Positions 1-11,029 of a DNA stretch of 64,000 nucleotides are shown here, one piece after another. Source of the DNA: Utricularia gibba (Eukaryota > Plantae > Magnoliophyta). The translations under genes were made by a program, and so were the position numbers. How positions within the stretch are numbered: the stretch's first letter is position 1; each line of letters opens with the position of its first letter. The notes below the pieces were generated by a model. It made no database searches. It saw nothing but the letters and a program-made list of their open reading frames with translations, and was not told the origin of the DNA. The stretch covers positions 2,976,001-3,040,000 of the forward strand of contig CM007991.1 of NCBI GenBank assembly GCA_002189035.1, read 5' to 3'.

Positions 1-7
1 CAAGCAC

Positions 8-934
8 ATTTGAAGCATTCGATATCAACTCCCTCAAGAAAATATCTTTGTTGCTGTAAAGAGAGTTGATGATGATGTCCATGAGCCGTGACACCTCTGC
101 CTGGAACTGAAACTTCTCAGCTTCCGGGCGCAGATATCTTCCCGAGATGGATTCGGATTGCCTGCATTACACACCAACATCCGCTACAACGATCCACACT
201 CCCCGCGAATCAAAACATTTTTCAGTAGAAGTGTTGGACATATGGCTTAAGGGGCTGGATGGACAGCAACTGTCATGTCCGAAAGATTCAAGCTGAGGTT
301 TATAGAAGAGTAGGCAGTTAAGCCATGATGGAAAACGTGGCACACCCACTATTCACGTGCTGTTCCATGGAGGCCTTTATACATGATTGGTGTGAAGGAT
401 GATGGGTGTGGCTGTGAAAAAGAAGATGAACAAACAGCGTGATCACGTAGCAAGAAAACGTGAAGTCTGATTTGTTCATATTTTGTAGTGTAAGTAGCTA
501 CTGTCTTCATTGTACATTGCTGTGTAATTGTGAAAAGTTTTAGTGGATGTTCCCGTAGCCTCGAGGGTGATCGAGGCCCTGGATGTTTCCCTTTTTGGGT
601 TTTACCAGGCTAAAACATTTTGTCTGCCTTTACTTTATCATCTCACGGTGCACAGCACTGGTTTTTCAACAAGAAGTACCTCTTGACGACTTCAGAATCC
701 GTCGACAGTCCACTTGGCACACCGCCAATCCTCTCCTCCACCTTGAGCAGATCCTGTGTCGCATCCAAATCAACTTCGGCAGTGACATGCGACTTCTTAT
801 CTAAAATACCCACAAACACTTCAGCGACTAAAAAATTACCCCAAAATGCAGCGAATCAAGAACAGAAGAATACCTTGATAGGGCAAAAGAAAAAGAATGC
901 ATAGCAGTAGAAGAAGCGATGTAGTCTTCCACAT
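8..934 (-). CDS. HSP90-7: ER-resident HSP90 (endoplasmin/GRP94/SHEPHERD); first three exons, gene runs off the left edge
   Basis: Exons 934-874 ([20 protein letters not shown], signal peptide), 800-680 ([10 protein letters not shown]...[17 protein letters not shown]) and 161-8 ([38 protein letters not shown]). GT-AG junctions and phases are consistent. Confidence 0.93.
232..671. mobile_element. Solo LTR (440 bp, probably Ty1/copia-type) in intron 2 of HSP90
   Basis: Termini TGTTG...CAACA (inverted), flanked by a perfect 5-bp target-site duplication AGAAG (227-231 and 672-676). Removing it leaves a 73-nt intron, typical for this window. The superfamily call is from resemblance only. Confidence 0.85.
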
Positions 935-1070
935 GCTCATTTTCACGATTGCTTCCTTCAAAGAATGACTCGCGGCGCGAATCAATTATACTGAGCTTCA
1001 GAGGATGCGACTGATAGACCAGGGATCGCCACGGTGGCGAATCCGACGGCGCGAAATGAACCTCCTACTA

Positions 1071-1089
1071 CGTGGAGTGTCCTTATTGG
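1071..1089 (-). promoter_or_regulatory. ER stress response element (ERSE, CCAAT-N9-CCACG)
   Basis: Minus strand reads CCAAT-AAGGACACT-CCACG, an exact consensus match about 137 bp upstream of the ER HSP90 ATG. Confidence 0.8.
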
Positions 1090-2741
1090 ATGACCGAGCA
1101 TGGTACGGCGTGGACTTCTGGAACCTTCGCAGGACCTGGACTGGGATCCGGTTTATCGTGAGTCGTTATCCACTTGCAAATTTACAAGTTTGTCTGAGAA
1201 CATTCCAGTTGATCGCAACTTGAGCAGCTGAATGAGGGCGATGCAAACAAGGGGATTCACCCTGATCGGAGTTTTTTGGCGAAGACAAGATGAGATGCCA
1301 TTGGTAAGAACTAGGCACACGTTTTCCGAATGACATATTCAGTGTGGCAGCCGCACAGAAACTCTATCTTGCGGTTGTTTCAGGTGGAGCTGTGAAACTC
1401 TCAAGGAACTACTCGCGCCAGGCCAGGATAATGAGCTGCGGCCAGCGCAGGGTGGAGTGTGCTTGCCGGTTTCCATCGTTTCTGGGGTCGGCGTAACTCT
1501 CTGTTTTTTTATTTGAACGGGGCTGGATGCTGCTTCAACGATGGGGGATACCAGAACCTCCATGAGATGCTTGAACCCCAAGGATCATGATCAATCAACT
1601 GAGGCAAACTTGATATCATTGCTACCAATTCAGGCGAACTCAAGGTGTCTTCGACATTCCTGAAAACCATCTTACCAGAAATGTGTGATACGGGTCTTGT
1701 CTTGTTGTTGCTATTATCTGTGAATGCAGGACAGGGGAGAACCAGCATTACACGTTGCCAATGCTCCTCTCTCAGACTGCTGCGTTCTAACCCCTCTGTT
1801 CCAGCTTCATCGGGTGATTTGCTTTTAGCATCTGAACACATTATTGTTGTAACATATCCACTTCCATGTGGTGCCACATTATTGTTGCACCAAAACAACA
1901 CAAGTTCAGAGCCACGGCCAGGGAAGGGCTAGTTCTACGCAGCCCAGTTCATGAACATGAGACCTTACCATCATTCACACAAGTACAAAAAAAGCTCATG
2001 GATTTTCCTTGGAAAAACTATTTTCCCTGTTTCAGAAAACACAAATTTCTCACGGCAACTCACGATTACTCCACAAATTCAGCGTCAGGCCTCGAAAAGT
2101 TCAGGTATCAACAAGAAAAGACACCCAATATTACTTTCTCGAAATCACAAGGAACCGTACTCGTGAGAAATACCGAACGCAGTGATGGTTATAACAACCT
2201 TAATCGAACCGACTCCGCCTTGATCGGTGCTTCTTCCGGGCGTATAACGAGGAGGAGGATATGGAGATCCCGCGAAACTTTTCGAAATCAAATCGGGATA
2301 AATCTAATCGCCTTATTGTCGCAACAATCGCCTGGGTACTGATAGAAAAGGTTTACGCAGTCGGAGGAAAGTCGAGCTAAATGTTGGCGAGGATGGAGAT
2401 ACGGCGTGAATTCCGATGAAGGTCGTTTATTTCCCGCCTGTCGCTTAATTTATATTACACCCTTCAATTTTCGTTTATTTCCACCTGCACCCCTGGTGAG
2501 ACAAAACTGGGCTTTGGATGTAGTGGGCCAGAGGCTCAAATTGACTGCATTTTCCCAATATGCGCGTTTTAATCAACATTGAGCCCAAAATACTGAAGCT
2601 CATTTGTTTTTTAAGGTCCTTATATTTATTCAATTAATAATTTCTGGAGAAACAAGTCACAACTAATCGATCTCCTTTCTGGGAAGGAATCTTCGTCCCC
2701 GACGCGTCGCCGAATTGGTTTGATCGCCGATCATCTGAAAG

Positions 2742-5468
2742 ATGTACAACGCCGATTACTCCTCCGTGCCGTACCATCAGCCACCGCGTTATCCGGAAAC
2801 GCAGAATCTGAACAAGACTCCGGGGAATCCGTTTACCATGTGCCGCCTTCTTACGCATCTGCACCGCCCTTTTCCCCGACCGGCCATACTCCTTATACTC
2901 CTCCCTCTGCGGATTATACTGCACCTTATCAGGCTAATTCACCGGTATACGGTTCCTTTTCGGCTCCAGCAGATCCGCAGCCGACTGCGCCTTCGTTCTC
3001 CCAGCCTCAACCACCGTATTCTTTTCCTCAATTCGAAGCACATGGAAACTATCAGACTCCATTCCAACCCCAATCTTCGCCTCAATTCTCGCCCTATGCT
3101 CCGGCGCCTGATCAGACAGCGCCTAGTTACCTTCCAAACCCCGAACCCAACATCGCTCCAAGTTACGGTACTGTTCAGTCTTCTTCTCCCTATACTGGAT
3201 TTCCCAAACCGTATGAGACGCAATACGAGAGTCAGGACAGTCGTGGTAGATCGGATATGTATGCCGACACGTATAGTGGTTATGGAAGTGATCTTGCACA
3301 TGGGAATAGTGAAGGGATTTATGCTTATAGAGGTGCTTCTGAGCCATACGGTGCGAGGGGAACAGCTTCAAAGTCTTCAACTTGGTCAGGATTTGATGAT
3401 TTTGGCCGGCCAATCGGGTACTCCTCCCCTTCGGTAAAAGAAGGATCGTCTAATTCTGGCTTGAAGGTCGTGAGGGCAGTACCAAAGGCAGAATCGCAAC
3501 AGGACGCAAAGAGTGGGGTACAAAAGTTTAGGGTAAAGTTGCTTGCTGAAAGTGCAGGCCAGAGCACCATGGATGTCCTATGCCAGGTTCCCATTAACTA
3601 TGAAACTCAAATTTTTTCGCTTTTTTCCAGTGCTGTTAGTTTGTAGAAAAGAAACCAATGGAATTCGTACACGTTTTACATCTTTGTTGAGCAATTATGA
3701 CTGACGTTATCCTTTTGGAGTGATGACAGATTGGCTTGGATGGAATTCGTATGCTTGACCCAAGTACTGGAAGGACCTTGAGGATCTATCTTCTTGATTC
3801 AATAACCAGATGCGAGGTATAATTTTACTTTGTCAAGAATTTACTTCAGCTTCTTCTTTGGTGATGCTGGATGTATTCAGTTATTCTCTTTTTTGCTTGT
3901 TTACACGGATGCAGGCTATTGAGTCTTCGACATTTGCCTTCTGGTCAAAAAGTACTGTAGACATTGAAGCAAGGCGTATTAGGTTGCAGTCTAATAGTTA
4001 CACCACGAGGACCATTTTGGACATGGTCACCGCAGCAATTGCACAGGTTGATTTTTGTTGGTTATAGTGATTCACCATTAATGTGGGTGGAGCACAGGGA
4101 AAATTGCACAGATTAATTTTTTTCCGGTGAAATATTGCAGTTTAAGGAGATCGGTGGAAGTAGTCAGTCCTCTGAATACGCAAAGAGTATTGAGCAGCCT
4201 CAAGAGAAAAAGAAAGGTTTTGGTGATTTCATGAATTTGATGAAGTCAATCAACGAGGAGAAGGATCACTGGGTACCTTAACTCTTTCCTTTTCGCCAAT
4301 AAACTGCTGAAATAGTTAACTTTAATACTTGGAAAAAGTTGGAATAATTTTCCTCTTTTTCATTATTTGTATTTAGTGGTTTGTGCATTGACCATTCATC
4401 TTTTAAAACTTTATCAGGTCCCTGACGAAGCAGTGTCAAAATGCACAGCTTGCAGAGCTGATTTTAGTGCTTTTAATCGGAGGGTATGCATTGTTTGATT
4501 TTGGGATGGATATAAGCGTAAACTATGTATTTTAACTAGTAATGTATTTCTGTTTTCTGGAAAATGGTTCTTGTTCTGTGTGGTGTACTGAATTATTCCC
4601 TGGTTTGTTGTTGCACCATTTCCTCTTCTCAGCATCACTGCAGGAACTGTGGGGATATTTTCTGTGACAAGTGCACTCATGGTAGGACTGCCCTTACTGC
4701 TGATGAGAATGCTCCTGTTGTTAGAGTTTGCGATCGGTGTTTGGTACGCATTGTATTCCGTTCATTTATCTTCTGTTTCTTATCTGCCCTGATTTGGATT
4801 GTTGAGAACGCGAGAACCTGAATGAATGTGTCCGCATGTCTGTGAATGTTTCCCTCTGTGGGAATTAGATGACGCTTGATCACTTACTTCTAGAATTTCC
4901 ATTTTCTCGCAGGCTGAAGTTTCTCGTCGATTAAGCAATGCTAAAGAGGCCGCAAGCCGACCAACTTCGCATCAGAGTCATGAGGAGTTGGCTAAGAAAC
5001 TACAGGTGATATATCTCCCTTCGGTTTTTTTCACATTATTTCCCGGAGGTATACGCAAACACTGTACATACTCTTTCTTGCTCGAGTAATGGGTCCAAGT
5101 GCTGTTTATTTCTCTCAGGAGGAATTGGAGAGAAACTGCAAGGTTTCATCAGGTAATTAACTCCCTTCAGTTAACGAGTCCCATGTCCAAGTTATACCAG
5201 TTCCTCTTTTCCCTCGGTGGCCAAACCATTCCCCATTTATTTCCAGGCTCCCGTTCATCTACCGGTAAGCGGATGAAAGAAGTTGCCTGCCCAACTTGTA
5301 CGGTCCATCTGCAGGTGAAGTATCGTCACTCAAACCACCCGGTTTCTCTGTGCTCTCACTTCATGGTCTTCTCACCGCCCCCATGCCTTTCAGGTTCAAG
5401 TTCCAAGTTCCGGCTCTGAAACCATAGAGTGCGGCGTCTGCCAGCAGCCCTTTCTCGTCACGTCATGA
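2742..5468 (+). CDS. FREE1: FYVE-domain ESCRT component FREE1/FYVE1 (10 exons; apparent 1-nt frameshift near 2812)
   Basis: Exons 2742-3586, 3730-3816, 3915-4046, 4141-4272, 4418-4483, 4633-4743, 4913-5005, 5119-5152, 5247-5314, 5394-5468. Pro-rich N-terminus with YASAPPF, QKFRVKLLAE, FYVE (WVPDEAVSKC...RHHCRNCGDIFCDKC...RVCDRC) and C-terminal KEVACPTCTVHLQV...ECGVCQQPF. Confidence 0.93.
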
Positions 5469-6017
5469 CCGCCTGCTCATCTTTCCATGATTCTTGGTCT
5501 GGCGTGGGACGCATTTCTGGGTGTGGGACATGAACTTATATGCTTGCGTATCTCTGCTATGGATTCTCAATAAGGTGTAAAGTAAATGCTTAACATTGGA
5601 GTTTGTCGTGTTCTGGTTTCTTCTTGTAGTACGGAGATGCATTCTGCCAGAAAACAGGGATGAAGCTCGACCACGTGATTGATTTCTGTCACCTGGGAAC
5701 ACCCACTTGGCACCGTATCGCATCGTGTGGGTTCAGTAAACTGCTCGTGGGTCAAAAAATCTATTCTCTCTGTTTGAGGGCATAACCATGGCTTCCATTG
5801 GGAACGAGGCACTCGGAGAAGACGACACAGAGTGAGTGTTTGTTATTGGGGATTAGAACTAGACAACTCTCTCTACAATGGCTTCCATTGCTCTAGAATG
5901 GGGCTGTTAGAGTCCTGCACAGCTTCTTCTGCTTCTCCAGAGCTTCCACTCGCATCTGCCAAGACCGGGTGTTTGTTTGTTAGCATCAGGTGAGAGAGAG
6001 ATCCTGAACGTGGCTAT

Positions 6018-6488
6018 CTATCTCTCACTTGCCTTCACCAACTCCTCCTTCAGCTTCGCATTCTCCGTCGACAACCGCATCACCTGCTCCTCCAGCTCGC
6101 ACGTGTACGCCTGCCTACCACCAACATCATAACAACACATGAAACTTACTTGGTCGCAGCAGCAGCAGCAGCAGCAGCAGATATCTGCATGCGAATCATC
6201 AACCCACATTACCCTTTTTCTCGCTCTGGATCGCGCCGCTGACTCCCGGTTCTTCATCAGCCCGTTGGTTTTGCGATCACCCCCTTCGCCACACGAGGAT
6301 TTTGGGGAGCCCCACAGGGCTACACCCTGTGAACCTTCCGGGGCGCAGTATGACGCAGAGGGCGCGGGATGAGAAGGGATCAAGTACGGCCATCCGCGAT
6401 CCATCTGTGCCGCTGTCCCTTTTGAGGTACAGCAGCCAGGTTGATATAGTGCTGGGGGTGATTGCTTTAAGGGCTTCCTCTGGATCAT
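6018..6488 (-). CDS. Short group-A-like bZIP transcription factor (FD/ABF type)
   Basis: MKNRESAARSRARKR, intron 6212-6111, then AYTCELEEQVMRLSTENAKLKEEL; intron at the position typical of group A bZIPs. The 5' end is uncertain. Confidence 0.7.
   Translation of the reverse strand: MIQRKPLKQSPPALYQPGCCTSKGTAAQMDRGWPYLIPSHPAPSASYCAPEGSQGVALWGSPKSSCGEGGDRKTNGLMKNRESAARSRARKRVMWVDDSHADICCCCCCCCDQVSFMCCYDVGGRQAYTCELEEQVMRLSTENAKLKEELVKASER
6157..6180 (+). repeat. (CAG)8 microsatellite inside the bZIP intron
   Basis: Eight perfect CAG units. Confidence 0.95.
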
Positions 6489-6909
6489 CTTATAAGGTTA
6501 ATACGTAGCACCACCAACAGTCGTACTTTGGAGACCACCTAATGCACCCGTATGAGCCCGGCCGGTCATATAGTTTCTAAGAGTTGAATGGTGTTCTTAT
6601 TGTGAATAGAGTAGCATCCGCATGTAGCAGGAGTACACAAAAATGAAGCAAAATGTAGGCAAAATTCCAGAGCCATATAAAGTGACAAGCCCCAGTTCAC
6701 GATTCAAATCCCAGCGATGAATCCAAAGAATCCAGGAGAGCAAAAAGCAGTAGCACAAAAATGTGCTATCTTTATTCTTTCTCAAGTCACGAACTATTAT
6801 TATTGGTATTCCTGTTGTCATCACTGTCCTCCAGATGCTTCCTGAAAATGAGCAGTTTTCATAAGCAAGGGTGATTACCTTACAAACACAAGTAAGCGAA
6901 ACTTACAGT

Positions 6910-8945
6910 TTAGACCTCAACAGAGTCAGCCTCCCTCACTGCAGACGCAACAGAACTAGTTCTGTATTGTGGAACAGATGGTAGTAGCCATTTGTTCCAC
7001 ACGTCGCGGCGTCTCACTTTATCGCCCTGCCAAAGTTGAACCTTACTCAATATACAGTTGAGGTAGTTCCCTGATAAAAGCTATGTAAAACCAACCAACC
7101 AACCAACCTGTACTTCCACAGTATTTGAAAATGCCAAGGACTCCAGTATCAATGAAATATCACTGGTCAACCTTTCGACCTGAGAACAAATCACGACACA
7201 AATCTCAGAAATGGGCTTGACACATTACATGAATTCTATCCCTGTGTTTACCCAAGTACCATAGTGCATCTACACTTGTGCATTTGCTATTAACTGAACA
7301 ACCCAGTCTCAGTAAGTTAAGAATTTTATTTGACAACAACTGGGATGAAAGCAAAGGGGCAGATGAAACTCACTTGACGAAAGGAAGCAATTAAAGTTAT
7401 AGGCACCCAACCATTATCATCCATCTTTGACCTCAAGAATGGATCCTTGATCAAATTTTCATCACTGTATTGGACAAAACGTTGCTAGGCAAGAATAGTG
7501 ACGGATAAACGGGACTGCAGGTGAATTACACTGAAAATAAAAAATAGAGAGCTACCTGAAGTAGTAATCTATTTGATTGACAATCATGGTCATTAAAGTT
7601 GGATCATTGGAAGGAACAGGCATCGGGGCTGCTGGAGGTGGTCTGAGGGCCATAGGTGACAACGCCGGAGAATAAATAAAGGAACTTGTATCTGATGACC
7701 AGAAAAAAAAGTTTCATTAAGTGAAAACACAAGATTTCTATGAAGCAAGCAGTCTCACCAGACTTACCAAAGCCCATTTGTGGGAAAATGGGTATGGGGG
7801 TGATGCTGGTGGAAAAAAGGATGCACCGGCTGCAATTGGGGGAGTCACAAATCTCACAGCAGGATTCAAATATGGCGGGATAAAAAAAACATCTCTGCGA
7901 TCCTGATCCCGTATGCCCTGATGATTGCTATGGTTCTGTCCTTCACCACGCGGTCGAGGTCCATAATTAACCCTTCTTGAAGAATTCCGATGAGGAGAAT
8001 TATCAAGCACGGGTGGGATATACTGGTATTGTACTCCAGGAAATGGAGGTGGTGCTTGAGCTAGGTGTCGACTAACAATCGTATGAGAAGGGCCCCTTCC
8101 TGAAGAAGTGATTCCAGCACTGTTTCCAGTGACACCACTATGGTTCCTCGACCTCTGCCTATGGTGGTTGGGCACAGATTTGGGATGGCTGACTGTGACA
8201 CCTTGCCCCTGAGATGAAGCAGAACCCCATCAAAGACAAAAATAGATAAAGCAAATAACCAGTGCGCATTAACTAAACATAAAATAAAATTTATATCCAA
8301 GATTTAGTTTTTGAAAGAGAATCATATGCTTTATAGAAGATAGAAAGATGTAGAAACACAACCACCATCAATTCTATAACAGGATTTGCAATTGCAACGA
8401 AACATGATTTGTGAGCAAAAGGAAATCTAGCATTGAAATGTACATAGCCCAGAATCCAAGCAAACGGGAAAACATGTGCATTGTGGTTGAAGCACCACAC
8501 AGTGCAATCAAAGCGCCTATCCAGGATTCAGATAACCATAAATTTGTACCCAAAATTCAACCTTTAATCCCCAAGATTTGTTAAACCCTTTTACGGAATG
8601 CAAACATAACGAAATGACATATTGCATTAAAAACACCGATGACGGATTGGGTGAAATCTTAACCGGCGACGGAGAGTCTGATCCATCACGGATTGGTCTC
8701 GCGGATTCACCGGGTGATCTCGGCACAGGCCTGGTGGACTCGGAAAGAGCGGGCCAAGAGACTGCAGCACCCATCACCGAACCCCCATCAGAGACCCCGT
8801 TCGATGGACGGCTCCAGGCGCTTCTCCTGGGAGGGGCCGCATTCACATCATCATTAACATCTGAATTCTCAGGCCGAGCCTCTACTCCGGAACTCGAATG
8901 ATCAGAATCCCCGGCAGCGGGCGTCTCATCACCCAGCGTAGACAT
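6910..8945 (-). CDS. LARP1: La-related protein 1 (LARP1 family; apparent 1-nt frameshift near 7785)
   Basis: Exons 8945-8664, 8208-7768, 7691-7556, 7464-7374, 7179-7108, 7026-6910. N-terminal SWPALSES motif; La motif [41 protein letters not shown]...VEVQGDKVRRR. Confidence 0.88.
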
Positions 8946-9708
8946 CGATGGAGTTTGACGGATTCTGAAAAAAATAGGGACCAGAAACACCTAACCACAA
9001 ACCAATGAAGCTCCAGCGCAGTGAGTCATCCCTGCTCAAGCCGCCTCTTGTGGGCAGCCAATTCCAAAATCTCGTGACTACAAACACGGAATCTACGCAC
9101 TGCCCATCAACCCCATACAAAAATACGTAATGCTGATCGGCAAAGAGCGCAGAAATCGGCGATCAAGAAATATTCTCAGGGCGCTTCTTCTGAAAGCTAG
9201 CCCTTGGATCCCAAGTGCAGCCAGCTTTTTTCTATTTTATTATACGGAAGGAAGGCTTCATCCTCCCATGTAAATGACTCTTTTACCCCTATACTCCTCC
9301 CTAATCCCATACTAGTTGATTCCAATTTAAAAATACCAATGAAATAATATTTTTCGACCATTAAATTTTTTTAATTAAAAAATACTTAAACATAACTAGC
9401 GATAATTACAAAAATTGAGAAACAATTCATCCTATGTAATTTTCTAAAATATTTATTGTACTATTCATTCATACGAACTAAATACTATAAAAACCTAAAT
9501 ATATTAGAATGCGACATACAACAAGATGATCTTTATAGTTATTTTTATATTTGTTGACATTGTGTAATAGCGTGTGAAATATCGAATAATATTAATATAA
9601 TAATATTGTAATCAAATAAAATCCAAATAACCTATATTCTAATATAAATATCAAGGGATCTTGATTAAATTTGAAAGATAAATATTTAAGATTTAAAAAT
9701 AATATCTA

Positions 9709-9732
9709 ATATATATATATATATATATATAT
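9709..9732. repeat. (AT)12 microsatellite in an AT-rich intergenic spacer
   Basis: Direct reading. Confidence 0.9.
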
Positions 9733-9790
9733 TAATTCATTAATGTATTTTTTTTCTTGCGTTAATTAGGATAATTTTGGGGATTTACTT

Positions 9791-9826
9791 GCCACGTGGG
9801 ACGAAGGAGACCCGCGGCAACGTGGC
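9791..9826 (+). promoter_or_regulatory. G-box plus ABRE-like pair upstream of the CRAL-TRIO gene
   Basis: GCCACGTGG at 9791 and ACGTGGC at 9820, about 300 bp upstream of the ATG at 10122. Motif match only. Confidence 0.45.
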
Positions 9827-10121
9827 ACAGCACTACTATTGGAAAGGTAGATTCCCTGGAATATGCTCTCGTACGAAGACGAGCGCATTAAATGTGGATG
9901 TCATTAACCTTAATCACGTCCTAAGCCGCCCTGCTTAATTGGTAACCTCCTATCAGGATTTAGATTAGATTCGGATAATCGATGTATTAGGAAATAAATA
10001 AATTTGGATATTATTAATAACCTCCATCCCCATCGGCTCCGGCCCCAACAGCGAACCAGATATGCAGACGGAGGCGAGGAACTGAAGACGCTTGCCTCAA
10101 AATCGTTCTCCAGAGACCGCC

Positions 10122-10911
10122 ATGTCCGCCCTTCTACAGGTTTCCGAGCAGCAAAAGGTTATCCGGAATCTGCAGATATTCAAGATTCAGGGTGTGGATA
10201 AGCAGCGGCGCCCCGTTCTCCGCATCATCGGGAAGTTCTTCCCCGGTAGTCGTTCTTTTCTTTTTTGGTTATCTTGGATGATAACGCGAAACTGTTACGC
10301 CAAGGCTTGTTTTCTGATATGTACGGTTGTTGTGTAGCAGCAGTTGTGAGTGTCGATGCTTTGAACAAGTATTTGGAAGCGGAGATTTACCCATCTCTGA
10401 ATGGGCGGCCGTTTTCCGTTTTGTACGTGCACACCGCCGTGAAGAGGGGGGAGAACTTCCCTGGCGTATCGGGGTTGAAGTCCATATATGACGCCGTTCC
10501 CGCGGAGATCAGGGAGAATGTGGCGGTGATCTATTTTCTCCACCCAGGTCTCCGATCCCGTCTCTACCTCGCCACCCTCGGCCGCATCCTCTTCTCCGGC
10601 AGCGGGTAAGTTTCGCTAAGATCGGCATCATCATCTAGCGCTCAAACTGAATCAAGTCAGTCATATCTATCTTCTCAATCAACAGACTGTACGCGAAGCT
10701 GAAATACGTGAACAGATTAGACTTGCTGTGGGCGAAGCTGATCAGGGACGAGATCGAGATGCCGGAATTCGTATGGGAATTCGACGAGGCGATGGATTGG
10801 CGTTGCCCCACGACGATGGATTTCGAGGAGGAGGAGAGCAGTCATCCCAGCAATGTATACGCATCCCCAAGCCTCGACTACTGCAGAGCTTCCGCGAGGT
10901 GCATTGCATAG
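10122..10911 (+). CDS. CRAL-TRIO/SEC14-like (GDAP2/BNIP2-type) protein
   Basis: Exons 10122-10245, 10338-10605, 10686-10911. IFKIQGVDKQRRPVLRIIGKFFP...YFLHPGLRSRLYLATLGR...KLKYVNRLDLLW...IEMPEFV. Confidence 0.85.
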
Positions 10912-11029
10912 ACTAGTTAGTATTAGGCCAGATCCCTTGTAAAAGAAACCAGCTGCAACAATAATCTCACTTGTCAATATGGCATACAGTCTATTTCTTC
11001 CTGAATTCAAGTCAGTTTCTCAAAAAAGC

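Noticed and set aside
5786-5892. 13-bp direct repeat ATGGCTTCCATTG near 5788 and 5878
   Set aside because: Too short, and the downstream micro-ORFs have no recognisable peptide-family signature.
7768-8208. LARP1 as a pseudogene (exon 2 phase mismatch)
   Set aside because: One T added to the T4 run restores PFFPQMGF/D; the La motif and all splice sites are intact.
9330-9770. AT-rich spacers (also near 23.4, 24.6 and 26.4 kb) as MITEs or Helitrons
   Set aside because: No terminal inverted repeats, TSDs or shared sequence found by eye.
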